Shown here piece by piece: positions 41,879-51,936 of a DNA stretch of 64,000 bases. Below the pieces are notes generated by a model that made no database searches, was not told the origin of the DNA, and saw nothing but the letters and a program-made list of their open reading frames with translations. Numbering within the stretch: position 1 is the first letter of the stretch; every line of letters starts with the position of its first letter. The stretch covers positions 128,001-192,000 of the forward strand of contig JAGTQC010000002.1 in the NCBI GenBank assembly GCA_018396535.1, written 5' to 3'. The translations under genes and the position numbers were made by a program. The DNA comes from Candidatus Bathyarchaeota archaeon. Lineage in GTDB: Archaea; Thermoproteota; CALKCG01; B24; DRYS01.

Positions 41879-41916
41879 CGCTATTCAACATCTATTGTAA
41901 CTATAATTTATTGAGC

Positions 41917-44259
41917 TTATTCATATCTTAAAGTCGAAGCTATGTTAACACTTACTATATAGCTACCTAGGATCAAGCCGCTTGGTATAATCGTAGATAG
42001 TATAAATAGTAGCATATTAAATAAAATACTTATCGATGGATTGATGGCTATCGAAAATGGGGTTATACTATTTAGAAAGTTTGAGAATATATTTAGAGTG
42101 ATGGGGATTGTGAATAAACATAATAACACAGATAACCCGCCTAAAATAGCTAATTTAAAAATTATAAATGAAATACCATTTAGTTTACTCATACCTAATG
42201 CTCTTAATGTGGCTATAACAATTCTTTCCTCGATTATATCTTGCCCAGATATAGTGAATATGAGAAGAATGGATGTAGTCCATGTGAAAAATATCATTAC
42301 GGTTGCTGCAGACTGAAATGCTTTTGTTAATACATCAGATAGGATATTTATAACTCCAGATTTATTTATATCCCATAAGTATCCAGGGACTTTCTTCTTA
42401 ACAATTTTTATTAAATTATCTATACCTGTACTATTTTTAAATTTTATAACCATAGCATTAACTTTACATTCAGAATCATCCAGCTTTTGCATTATATGAA
42501 TGGGGACAATTATAAAGTTAAATATTAAATCCCTCCTAATCCCAACTACCGTTAAGTTTAAATCTAGTTTTTCAGTTATTAATGTTATATTATCTCCTAC
42601 TTTAACATTTAAAATCCGTGCTAAATTTTCAGGTAGTATAGCACTACTATCATTATTCATAAGATATCTGCCATTAACTAGAGAGTAGTTAAAGCATGTT
42701 GCATTTACTGGTAATCCTATACATAAAATTGTGTATCTATCTATTTTGACATAGCGGTAATAGGCAAATTCTAAGCGATCTATATCATTTATTAAAACTT
42801 CTATATCTGCTATCAATGGTAACATATCATATGGCCTATTTAAGCATATGATTAAATCAAATATTAGAGAGCTTGAAGTTTCATCTAGGATATTTTGTTG
42901 AACTTCATATGCAGATATTAAAGTTGAATTAATAGTAACACTTACAACTATAACTGCTATTATAGCTATTTCACGGTTTTTCTTTCTTAATATACTTCTT
43001 AAAGCATATTTTATGAAGTAAGGGTATTCACTAATTTTAGTTCTTATTTTTTTAGTAGATAATGTTAATCCTGGAAAGCTTTTTATAGCTTGTATTACTG
43101 GGATTTTCATAATATACATTACTGGAGGGATAGCTGAAATAATTGAGCATAATATCCCAGTTAATGTGTAGAATATTATCAGGTATATATTTTGATTTAA
43201 TATCTCTGGTAGAGAGCTTAATACGAAGTACATTCCTTCCATAATTAAGCTTACATTAGCAAACCCGGATAGGAGTGCTCTTGCTACGACTATACTTAGG
43301 AATGATCCTAGAAAACCTCCAAATGCTCCTATGATTAAGCCTCTTAGAGCATATGTAAGTAAAATCGATTTATTCGAAGCTCCTATAGCTCTTAATATTC
43401 CTATATCTTTGAATTCTCTTGTTACCATTAGATTCATAGATGTATATATTAATGCTAAACTGATAATAAAGATTGAAAATCCTATTAATGATAAAAGTGA
43501 AACTAGATAACTATAATATGATCTTGTCTCTATGAAAGGTATAACATTCCCTTCTATAGATTTGAATACTGGAATTCTGTATGAAGTGAATTCATCACCT
43601 ATTTTTTTCATAGCTTCGAAAACATCGCAATTCCTTCTAATTTTTACCAATATCTGGTTTACTGTATTATTTGCATCTAATATATTTTGTAGGATTTGAA
43701 TTGGTATAATCGCATATACTATAGAGCTTCCATACCATCTAGGCATCCAAACAGCTCTACATGTACCGACTACCTTTACTGTTACATTTCCTTTGCTGGT
43801 TTCGATTAGTATATGTTTATCTAATACGTTTTCTCCATAATCATGCTCTACGACTATCGCTTCCTCATATATCTCAGGTATTCTTCCTTTAACTATAGTG
43901 ATATTATTCATTTTTAATGGAAGGTATACTCCTATAAGAAGTATATCCACCTCTCTAGGCCAACCTTTAGGATTGTATGCTATAGTCTTGTATGTTAATC
44001 TAAACTCGTACTGCTCGATATAATCTTTCCCACCTAGTATCTGCTCAGCTAGATCTTTAGATAATATTCCTGTACTGATAGAGAAATCAGCCATATTTGC
44101 TTCCTCGATCGATGCCTCTACTAGTAATGGGATATTCTTCAAAGCTATCGCGGTTCCGCACATGAGCGCGAGAGCGATAGATAACATTAGTATGGTTAGG
44201 AATGATCCTAAAGGACGCTTTACTAAACCTCTGAGAGAGTATCTTAGGTATGGCTGCAT
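41917..44259 (-). CDS. MacB/FtsX-like ABC permease (duplicated)
   Basis: Two FtsX units (IGILRAIGA; IATLRALG) and a C-terminal LRYE. Confidence 0.85.
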   Translation of the reverse strand: MQPYLRYSLRGLVKRPLGSFLTILMLSIALALMCGTAIALKNIPLLVEASIEEANMADFSISTGILSKDLAEQILGGKDYIEQYEFRLTYKTIAYNPKGWPREVDILLIGVYLPLKMNNITIVKGRIPEIYEEAIVVEHDYGENVLDKHILIETSKGNVTVKVVGTCRAVWMPRWYGSSIVYAIIPIQILQNILDANNTVNQILVKIRRNCDVFEAMKKIGDEFTSYRIPVFKSIEGNVIPFIETRSYYSYLVSLLSLIGFSIFIISLALIYTSMNLMVTREFKDIGILRAIGASNKSILLTYALRGLIIGAFGGFLGSFLSIVVARALLSGFANVSLIMEGMYFVLSSLPEILNQNIYLIIFYTLTGILCSIISAIPPVMYIMKIPVIQAIKSFPGLTLSTKKIRTKISEYPYFIKYALRSILRKKNREIAIIAVIVVSVTINSTLISAYEVQQNILDETSSSLIFDLIICLNRPYDMLPLIADIEVLINDIDRLEFAYYRYVKIDRYTILCIGLPVNATCFNYSLVNGRYLMNNDSSAILPENLARILNVKVGDNITLITEKLDLNLTVVGIRRDLIFNFIIVPIHIMQKLDDSECKVNAMVIKFKNSTGIDNLIKIVKKKVPGYLWDINKSGVINILSDVLTKAFQSAATVMIFFTWTTSILLIFTISGQDIIEERIVIATLRALGMSKLNGISFIIFKLAILGGLSVLLCLFTIPITLNIFSNFLNSITPFSIAINPSISILFNMLLFILSTIIPSGLILGSYIVSVNIASTLRYE

Positions 44260-44261
44260 AG

Positions 44262-44939
44262 CTATGTCTCTACTATCTGTCCATCTACTAGATTAACTAT
44301 ACGGTCGGCTGCTTTAGCTATACGTTGATCATGGGTTACTATTACTAGTGTTGTTTTATACTCCGCGTTTATTTCGCTTAGTAATTCCACTATCTCAGCC
44401 CCAGTCTTAGTATCAAGGTTTCCAGTAGGTTCATCGCATAGTAGTAGTGGTGGATTATTTATCAAGGCTCTCGCTATCGCTACACGCTGCTGCTCACCTC
44501 CAGATAACTGGTAGGGGAAATGGTTGAATCTACCCTCTAATCCGACCCTAGCTAAAATCTTCTCAGCCTTTTCTCGAGCATCCCTAGTTTTTAAACCTAT
44601 TATCTCAGCTGGAACCATAACGTTTTCTAGAGCTGTAAAGGTTGGTATCAGGTTGAAGAATTGGAAGACGAACCCGATCTTCTCTGCTCTAAAACGAGCT
44701 AGCCCTCCCTCCTTTAATCTTCCTAGATCCACCCCGTCTACATATATCTTACCGGATGTTGGTCTATCTAACCCGCCGATAATATTGAGTAGGGTAGATT
44801 TACCAGAACCGCTTGGGCCTAGGATCGCTATGTACTCCCCCCTCTCGATTCTAAGATTTACATTCTTTAATGCGATAACGTTTGTTTCCCCAGTCTTGTA
44901 TATCTTACTAATATTATCAGCGATGACTATCCAATCCAA
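44262..44939 (-). CDS. LolD/MacB-type ABC ATP-binding protein
   Basis: [29 protein letters not shown]. Confidence 0.95.
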   Translation of the reverse strand: MDWIVIADNISKIYKTGETNVIALKNVNLRIERGEYIAILGPSGSGKSTLLNIIGGLDRPTSGKIYVDGVDLGRLKEGGLARFRAEKIGFVFQFFNLIPTFTALENVMVPAEIIGLKTRDAREKAEKILARVGLEGRFNHFPYQLSGGEQQRVAIARALINNPPLLLCDEPTGNLDTKTGAEIVELLSEINAEYKTTLVIVTHDQRIAKAADRIVNLVDGQIVET

Positions 44940-45004
44940 ATGGATCCCCCATGCTTATGGGTCCCATACTGTTCGATACCTCGAATATCCTTTCCTAACT
45001 AATC

Positions 45005-45505
45005 TCATAGTTCTACGACTTCCACGTATATATCTGGTAGATCTACTATAGCCGCAGTCCTTCTCCCAGATAGATATCCGCAAGCTTCACCTGGGTTTAT
45101 TAATACTGTATTACCAACCTTCTTAACTTCGAACTTATGTGTATGCCCTCTAACGATTAGGTTGTATAAGCCTGATCTAGCTAATCCATCAACTATCGCT
45201 TCGATCGTACCGTGTAGGAGGGCTATCTTAACCCCCTCTAATTCGATCGATTGAAAATCTTCTATACTATAACCCATCTCCTCAGCGGTCTTTTTAAGCA
45301 TCGATCTCTCCCCATCTACATTACCGTAAACTCCTATAACCTTACATCTATCTACGACTAAAGCTCTCATAGTGAATGGGGCACACCAATCTCCTGCATG
45401 CAATACTGTATGAACCCCTCTCTCAGCGAATATACGAGTAGCTCGCCGTACTGCTTCAAGATTATCATGTGTATCGGAGATTATACCTATCCGCATACCT
45501 AACAC
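45005..45505 (-). CDS. MJ0936/YfcE metallophosphoesterase
   Basis: SDTHD, HAGD, GNVD, HG, GHTH, NPGE. Confidence 0.9.
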   Translation of the reverse strand: MLGMRIGIISDTHDNLEAVRRATRIFAERGVHTVLHAGDWCAPFTMRALVVDRCKVIGVYGNVDGERSMLKKTAEEMGYSIEDFQSIELEGVKIALLHGTIEAIVDGLARSGLYNLIVRGHTHKFEVKKVGNTVLINPGEACGYLSGRRTAAIVDLPDIYVEVVEL

Positions 45506-45606
45506 CGCATATAGTTTGGGATAGTATCAGAGATCAGAGAATTTATCTTCATACGTTTAAGTTTTAATAGAGATAACTACCGTAATATCGTCTTAGGGGT
45601 AGCTTA

Positions 45607-45951
45607 TTGATAGAGGAATGCAGATTCGGTATGGTGAAGGTTGATGGCGTTACCTATACTCGAGATATACTTATACTAGTAGGTGGCTGTGTTAAGCCTA
45701 ACTGGTGGCGTAGGGAAGGCCACAAACTGTATCTAGATGATTTAAAGGATATACTAGATGATAAACCGGAAATCTTAGTTATAGGATCTGGTTTCTACGA
45801 AGCTATGGATGTACCCTCGGATACAGTAGAAGCTCTTAGGAATTTGGGTATAGAAGTTTTCATCGAGAATACGAGGAAGGCTGTGAAGATATATAATGAG
45901 CTAATCTCGAAGGGTAAGCGTGTAGCTGCTGCTCTACATCTTACTTGTTGA
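45607..45951 (+). CDS. MTH938/NDUFAF3-like protein
   Basis: FG...DG..Y..D, WWRREGH, PEILVIGSG, AALHLTC. Confidence 0.85.
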   Translation: MIEECRFGMVKVDGVTYTRDILILVGGCVKPNWWRREGHKLYLDDLKDILDDKPEILVIGSGFYEAMDVPSDTVEALRNLGIEVFIENTRKAVKIYNELISKGKRVAAALHLTC

Positions 45952-45962
45952 TCTCCTAGATT

Positions 45963-46232
45963 TCATCCACCTGCTGCAGGGGGGAATACATCTATCCTAT
46001 CCCCCTCTGTTAACATTGTATCGAGGCCTCCAGTTTGACGGATGTTACGCCCGTTAACCAATATTATGATTGCTCTATCTATATCACCATCTACTATGAC
46101 AATCTCCTTAAGCTCGGGTATAACTTCAAGTACATCTACTAGCTTTGCGTAACTGCTTTTAAGCTCAACCTCCCTCGACCCCCACCCTGTCCTGCTTCTT
46201 AGAAAGGCGTAGACGTTTACCGTAACCTTCAT
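45963..46232 (-). CDS. SAMP1/MoaD-like ubiquitin-like protein
   Basis: LVNGRNI..GLDT.L.EGD.I.VFPPAAGG. Confidence 0.9.
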   Translation of the reverse strand: MKVTVNVYAFLRSRTGWGSREVELKSSYAKLVDVLEVIPELKEIVIVDGDIDRAIIILVNGRNIRQTGGLDTMLTEGDRIDVFPPAAGG

Positions 46233-46259
46233 CTCTCCACCTACACTCCTATATCTAAG

Positions 46260-47123
46260 TTAAACTAGTGTTTCTCCTCCTAGATTCCTCCATATACTCT
46301 TCATCTTCACAGCATCTATATCGAGTAATGGTGTTTCGCATATTATCGTAGGGTTTACACCGATCTCTAGGAGTGCTTCAGCTATCGTATCGAAATCTGG
46401 ACCGTACGATTTCTCATCGAGATTATGATGCTCTCTTTCACCGCTCTTACCATACTCTATCCTAGAATAGTGGCAATGCATCTCCTTCTTAACATAATCT
46501 GAGCCTAATACCTTCTCTAACTTACCTAATACTGCGATGATATCATCCTTATCCTTTATCGATCCTAGTTCTCTAGCATATAGGTGAGCCCAATCTACTA
46601 CTGGTCTAGCATAGGGAACCGATATCGAAAGTTCTAGAACCTCATCTATAGATCCAAGCTGACTTCTCTTTCCAGTAGTTTCTAAACCTAGGTATATACC
46701 GGATAGATTCTCCATCTCCATCCAGTCTGCGATAATCTTTAAAGCTTGGCGGCATAAATCTAAAGCATCCCTATGACTTCTACCTCCGTAGTAGCCTGGA
46801 TGGAAGACGACGATATACGCACCCATCCATGATGCAGCTGTTAGAGCTGCTTTAAGCCTCTCAATACTATCTTTTACAACATCTTCTCTACCAGACAGGT
46901 TTATGAAATATGAAGCATGCATGCTAAGCTTGGTATTATACTTCTCAGATTCCTCTTTGAGAGATTTAGCTTTACTCATAGCTATCTGTGGTCTACTACC
47001 CCATCTTACAGCTTGGTATTCGAATGCATCTAACCCTTCTCCATACAGGTAGCGGGGTATCTCATCTATATCGCCGTTAAACCCTATAGGCTTACCTGCA
47101 GGACCGAAGCGTGCGATCGGCAT
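46260..47123 (-). CDS. nfo: Archaeal endonuclease IV
   Basis: FGPAG, HASYFINL, FHPGYY, ETTGK.SQLG, DWAH, GE..H, ICETP. Confidence 0.88.
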   Translation of the reverse strand: MPIARFGPAGKPIGFNGDIDEIPRYLYGEGLDAFEYQAVRWGSRPQIAMSKAKSLKEESEKYNTKLSMHASYFINLSGREDVVKDSIERLKAALTAASWMGAYIVVFHPGYYGGRSHRDALDLCRQALKIIADWMEMENLSGIYLGLETTGKRSQLGSIDEVLELSISVPYARPVVDWAHLYARELGSIKDKDDIIAVLGKLEKVLGSDYVKKEMHCHYSRIEYGKSGEREHHNLDEKSYGPDFDTIAEALLEIGVNPTIICETPLLDIDAVKMKSIWRNLGGETLV

Positions 47124-47224
47124 ACATTGAATAATCTATGTATGCCTAGGCTTAAGATTTAAGCTATGTACCCTATAGCCTAGGTAAATATTATTATACA
47201 ACCTTCTACACTTTTATCGCTCGG

Positions 47225-47455
47225 TTGGTTAGAATGCCTAGGTACTGCCCGCTATGTGGGGGTAGGCTTGTATACGATAATAGTGTTAAACTATACGTTT
47301 GTCAGAGTTGCGGTGCGATGTTAACGTTGGAGGATATAATCAGAGAGCGGGATAGGATAGCTAGCTTAGCTAGGGGGGGTGATGTAAGGAAGAGGGATGC
47401 ACGAGAGTATCTTAGATGGTGGACTTCTTCTAAAAGACAATCTGAGGAGGACTGA
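47225..47455 (+). CDS. Small Zn-ribbon protein
   Basis: CPLCGG...YVCQSCG; C-terminal EYLRWW.S.K. Confidence 0.7.
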   Translation: MVRMPRYCPLCGGRLVYDNSVKLYVCQSCGAMLTLEDIIRERDRIASLARGGDVRKRDAREYLRWWTSSKRQSEED

Positions 47456-47508
47456 TATAAGTAATACTTTAATGTAGGGTTTAGGGTGAAGATAGACTGT
47501 GATAGGCT

Positions 47509-48318
47509 ATGTTTACTGTTGAAATACTGAGTATAGGTAACGAGCTTCTGATAGGGAAGATTGCGAATACTAATGCACAGTATCTTGCTAGAAGGATAAC
47601 GGAGCTTGGAGGTAAGGTTACTCGAATAATAGTAGTAGGTGATAACCTTGATGAGATAGCGGAAGCTGTCAGAGAGAGTTTGGGAAGGAGGCCATCGTTT
47701 ATAATAACTACTGGTGGGCTTGGACCTACATTCGATGATATGACGCTTACTGGTATCGGTAGAGCTTTGAATTTGGAGATGGTGTTAAACGAGGAGGCTT
47801 TAAGGATGGTTAGGGAGAGGTATGAGGTATTATCTAGGGAGAGGGGTATACCGTTCGAGTTAACACCTGCGAGAATCAAGATGGCTATACTTCCTAAGAA
47901 TGCTGAACCTATACGTAATCCTATAGGAACTGCGCCAGGTGTAAGATTGAAGATCGATTCTACGGTAATATATGCGCTACCAGGGGTGCCGAGTGAGATG
48001 AGAGCTATATTCGAGGAGTATATCGCTCCGATTCTAGCTAAGATATCTGATAGAGTATTCGCTGAGAGATACCTATTCATAGAGGGGGTGCCTGAATCAT
48101 CGCTAGCTCCGATACTGGAGGAGGCTATGGGTAAGTATACGGATATATATGTGAAATCCCATCCTAGGGTTGAGGAGGGTAAACCCCATATAGAGCTCCA
48201 TATAACAACCTATTCTGAGAGTAGAGAGAGAGCTGAATCCATACTCTCGGCTGTAGCCGAGTATCTGAAGAAGGCTGTGAGGGAGAGGGGGGGATTAGTT
48301 CTTGAGAAGCATACATGA
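47509..48318 (+). CDS. CinA N-terminal-like (molybdopterin-binding-domain) protein
   Basis: IGNELLIG...NTN, GGLGPTFDDMT, NPIGTAPG, LPGVP.EM. Confidence 0.9.
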   Translation: MFTVEILSIGNELLIGKIANTNAQYLARRITELGGKVTRIIVVGDNLDEIAEAVRESLGRRPSFIITTGGLGPTFDDMTLTGIGRALNLEMVLNEEALRMVRERYEVLSRERGIPFELTPARIKMAILPKNAEPIRNPIGTAPGVRLKIDSTVIYALPGVPSEMRAIFEEYIAPILAKISDRVFAERYLFIEGVPESSLAPILEEAMGKYTDIYVKSHPRVEEGKPHIELHITTYSESRERAESILSAVAEYLKKAVRERGGLVLEKHT

Positions 48319-48466
48319 TATCGGTAAATCGCTATACCTATGAGTTAATAGGTAGCAGCGATCAGGATGCTGCTTGGGTAATCATCGATGGTGGTATCTT
48401 CGATCCTAACGCTATTCTAAGCGAATTTAAATTAACCTAATAACTCTACTTCTACTATAGAACGAT

Positions 48467-49117
48467 ATGTCTACGGATGAGTTGATGGATAAAATCCACC
48501 GTTACATAAGCCGGATATCAGATAGGAGTATTAGACGTAAGGTTCGTAGGATTATCAAATCTATCGGGGAGAAGCTCTACGATTATCATCCGCTTACCCT
48601 AGCTGATTCTCCTGCTGGGGAGAAGATCCACCACGATTATAGAGGCGGATTATTAGAGCATATGGTAGCTTCTATCGAGATAGCTCTAGCTCTATCTGAT
48701 CTACTAGAGAAACATTATAGGGGTAGGGTGGATAGAGATATAATCATATCGGCGTTGATACTGCATGACTTATACAAGGTTTACTGTTATGAAAGGAGGA
48801 ATGAAGGGTTTAGACGTAGTGATCTAGGCTTACTCCTAGATCATCATACGCTAATAGTATCTGAGCTTATACGTAGAGGTTTCCCGATCGATATAGTTCA
48901 CGCAACTCTAGCAGCTCACGGGAAGTATGGGCCATCTACACCTAAAACTGTGGAGGCTCTTATAGTTCATCTAGCTGATTACATAGATTCTACACTCGCA
49001 TCGGAGATTACTAGGGGGGTGCAGCTAGCTATGGAGAGGGCTGGGGTTAAACCTCCAGAGGTTATCACTGTATCAGATGCTCTTAAAATCCTTGAGAAGC
49101 TTGGTAGAGCTGGTTAG
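48467..49117 (+). CDS. HD-domain protein, YhaM-like
   Basis: HHDYRGGLLEH, LHDLYK, P.T.EA..VHLADYID. Confidence 0.8.
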   Translation: MSTDELMDKIHRYISRISDRSIRRKVRRIIKSIGEKLYDYHPLTLADSPAGEKIHHDYRGGLLEHMVASIEIALALSDLLEKHYRGRVDRDIIISALILHDLYKVYCYERRNEGFRRSDLGLLLDHHTLIVSELIRRGFPIDIVHATLAAHGKYGPSTPKTVEALIVHLADYIDSTLASEITRGVQLAMERAGVKPPEVITVSDALKILEKLGRAG

Positions 49118-49431
49118 GGTTTATAATCTCTTATAGCTTTATTTATCTCCTCGGATTGCCAGTGATCTACGAGTATAACCTCGGATTCACGTATGAAGGG
49201 TAGGCTATGAAGCTTATGTTTGATATCTAGACCTATTTGTAAAGCAAATATCGGTGGGCAGAATGGGGCTGATAGATGGTATATTATACGAGCTCTCCCA
49301 TCCTCCACCTTTACCTCATCTATGAATCCTGCTTCCACTATCGAGAAGCCTAATTCTGGATCTCTGATATCCTTTAAAGCATTATATACTATCCTCTCTT
49401 CTTCAGATAGCTTAGATTCATCTACCGGCAT
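49114..49431 (-). CDS. DUF59/SufT-like Fe-S assembly protein
   Basis: DPELG.SIV..G, PFCP. Confidence 0.85.
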   Translation of the reverse strand: MPVDESKLSEEERIVYNALKDIRDPELGFSIVEAGFIDEVKVEDGRARIIYHLSAPFCPPIFALQIGLDIKHKLHSLPFIRESEVILVDHWQSEEINKAIRDYKP

Positions 49432-49479
49432 ATCCTTAATACCGAGATTCTAGGAAGGCTTCTAGGATAAAAAGTTTAG

Positions 49480-51936
49480 TTAAGCCTTAGAGAATACTCT
49501 ACCTACTAGAGTTATACGGCTCCTCCCATAATCATCTTTATCTACGTAGATAGCATCTGTGAATATATCTGAATCCTGAATATCCTCTATATGAGATATA
49601 ACGATAATCTTCTCGTAATCCGTGGAGAATTCTCGTAGTAGCTCGAGGAGATGCATCCTGAATTCCCCGCTTAGAGGACCGAAACCCTCATCTACTATAA
49701 GCGTCTTGAAGCTTCTAACACCTCTCCTCTCAGCTATTGTCTTAGCTATACCTAGACGTATAGCAAACCCTATTAGAGTAGCTTCACCACCACTATATGT
49801 TGAGAGTTCTCTTTCAACTCCATCGCTATACACCTTTATCGTTATATCACCTTCACTAGATACATCTATCTTTAGATCGAATCTAGGTAGGAGTTTCGAT
49901 AGGTATATACGGCTCCAATACTCTACAGAGGATATTATCTCATGTAGTAGGTATATGGGGAAACCTTTATCATGGAAAACCTTCTCGTATAGTATCCTAT
50001 ACACGTTATACTTGTGTAGCGTATCTTTAAGCTCTTTTTCTAATCTTGAAGCCTCCTCTAGATACTTCATACACTCGCTAATACTATCCTCTACATCCTT
50101 CTTCCTCAACCTCAACTCTTCATACCTACCTATATACGATTCTAATTTAGAAGCTAGCTCATCCCTCTGCTTCGTAAGATCTTTAAGCGTATACTCTATA
50201 CTACTAATCTTTGCTTTAACATCGTTCAAAGCCTTCTCTATTCTACCTATATCTGCTAGCGTATGCTCTATTCTAGCTATCTCATCATCTAGATCTTTAA
50301 CTACCATCTGAGAATACTCCAGTTTCTTAATCTCATCATCTATAGATCTATAGATGGATCTAAGCTCATCTAGCTTCTTATTAAACTCATCTAACCCGCT
50401 ATACGTGAAGCCTAGTATGGATCTAAGCTCAGATTCCATAGATAATAGTCTCTGCTTAACCTTCGAATACTCCTCCTCATCCGTAGGTAGCCTACTCAAT
50501 TCTACACGTATCCTCTCCATCTCCTCCTCTATAGGTTTTATAGCACCCTTCGCTTGTGTTAAAGCAGTAATCCTAGCTTCGCATTCCCTAACCCTTTCCT
50601 TTAAGACGTTTAATACAAGCCTCCTCTCCTCCATAACCTCCCTAAGCTTTTCAGCCTCCTCTAATAGACGTTTTCTTAGATTATCCCTAACGGTATCGGT
50701 GAGCTTCGATCCGCATACCGGGCATGAATCGCTTTTCGAAAGCTCGGTGGATGATGTCGTTATGAATCTAAGCTGCTCTTCTAGACTAACCACCTCTTTC
50801 TGAATCTTCTCTATACTATCTAAGATCCTCACTCTCTCCTCTTCTATCCTACCTAGTAGCTCTACCCGATGGGAGAGTTCATCGTAGCTATTCCTAAGCT
50901 CTTCAAGCCTAATCTTTAGAGATTTAGAAAGCTTCATAGCTAATTCCATAGTGGAAGCTATGGATTTCAATTTCTCATACTCAACCATTCTATCATAAAG
51001 CTTCTCTAAGATATCTATCCTATACCTCAACTTCTCTCTTTCAGACTTCAATACTGGGTAACGCTCCCAGCCTCGTATAAACTGCTCCCTTCTAGATCTA
51101 AGCTCGTTTAGCTTCTCTACAGATTCTCTAAGTTTAGAGTATGCTGCTTCAAGCCATCCAAGTTCTCTACTAAGTGAGCTACGCATCTCCTCACCCCTAC
51201 GTATCTCCTCATCCAGCCTATCCAGCTCTATCCTAAGCTTAGATATCTCCCCTGATACTGAAGCTAACTCTAGCTCTATACTTGCTAGAAGCTTCTTCAA
51301 ATCATCTAAACGTGTAGTATACGTTCTAAGCTTAGATAGCTCTGATCTAAGCTGCTCTACTCTAAGATAGTATGAATCTCTAAGCTTCTTAGCTTCATCC
51401 CTCTGTATTCCGAAATCTATACCGAAGGCTTTCATAAAGACTTCCCTACGCTGAGAGGGGGAGACTCCTCTACCTATTATCCCAGCTACCTCACCTTGAC
51501 GTATTAGAAGCGTATACAGGAATGTACGGTAATCGAGTTTTACAAGCTTCTCTATCTCTGCATCTACTGCTTGCACAGTTGAAGCTATGACACGCTGAAC
51601 CCCTCCACTATCATCTACCATATACAACCAGGCTTGACTCCTCTTATCAGGGTAGAATATCCTCTTAACCCTGTATCTTACACCATCTACTTCGAAATCT
51701 ACTTCTACTCTAGCAGGTTTACCAGATCCGGATCTTAGAATCCACCATGCTGATGATGGATCCATCTCACCGTAGGCTTTCTTAAAGAATGCAGCTGTTA
51801 AAGCATCTACGAAGAGGGTTGTCTTACCTGATCCCGTACTTCCATAAACTATTATCCTACTTCCAAGTTTATCTAGGTTAAGCTCGCAGCTTTCGTAAGA
51901 AGCTATATTCTCTATATAGATACGATTAATCTTCAG
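49480..51936 (-). CDS. Rad50/SbcC-like SMC ATPase; start extended to CTG 51936
   Basis: The frame is open upstream of the annotated ATG 51765 and contains KINRIYIENIASY and Walker A GSTGSGKT. Also Q-loop RQGE, Zn hook CPVCG, YSGGE, DEGFG and ISH. Confidence 0.9.
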   Translation of the reverse strand: MKINRIYIENIASYESCELNLDKLGSRIIVYGSTGSGKTTLFVDALTAAFFKKAYGEMDPSSAWWILRSGSGKPARVEVDFEVDGVRYRVKRIFYPDKRSQAWLYMVDDSGGVQRVIASTVQAVDAEIEKLVKLDYRTFLYTLLIRQGEVAGIIGRGVSPSQRREVFMKAFGIDFGIQRDEAKKLRDSYYLRVEQLRSELSKLRTYTTRLDDLKKLLASIELELASVSGEISKLRIELDRLDEEIRRGEEMRSSLSRELGWLEAAYSKLRESVEKLNELRSRREQFIRGWERYPVLKSEREKLRYRIDILEKLYDRMVEYEKLKSIASTMELAMKLSKSLKIRLEELRNSYDELSHRVELLGRIEEERVRILDSIEKIQKEVVSLEEQLRFITTSSTELSKSDSCPVCGSKLTDTVRDNLRKRLLEEAEKLREVMEERRLVLNVLKERVRECEARITALTQAKGAIKPIEEEMERIRVELSRLPTDEEEYSKVKQRLLSMESELRSILGFTYSGLDEFNKKLDELRSIYRSIDDEIKKLEYSQMVVKDLDDEIARIEHTLADIGRIEKALNDVKAKISSIEYTLKDLTKQRDELASKLESYIGRYEELRLRKKDVEDSISECMKYLEEASRLEKELKDTLHKYNVYRILYEKVFHDKGFPIYLLHEIISSVEYWSRIYLSKLLPRFDLKIDVSSEGDITIKVYSDGVERELSTYSGGEATLIGFAIRLGIAKTIAERRGVRSFKTLIVDEGFGPLSGEFRMHLLELLREFSTDYEKIIVISHIEDIQDSDIFTDAIYVDKDDYGRSRITLVGRVFSKA

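Noticed and set aside
48330-48385. Two small hairpins after the CinA-like gene
   Set aside because: Short stems with no box motifs; indistinguishable from chance.
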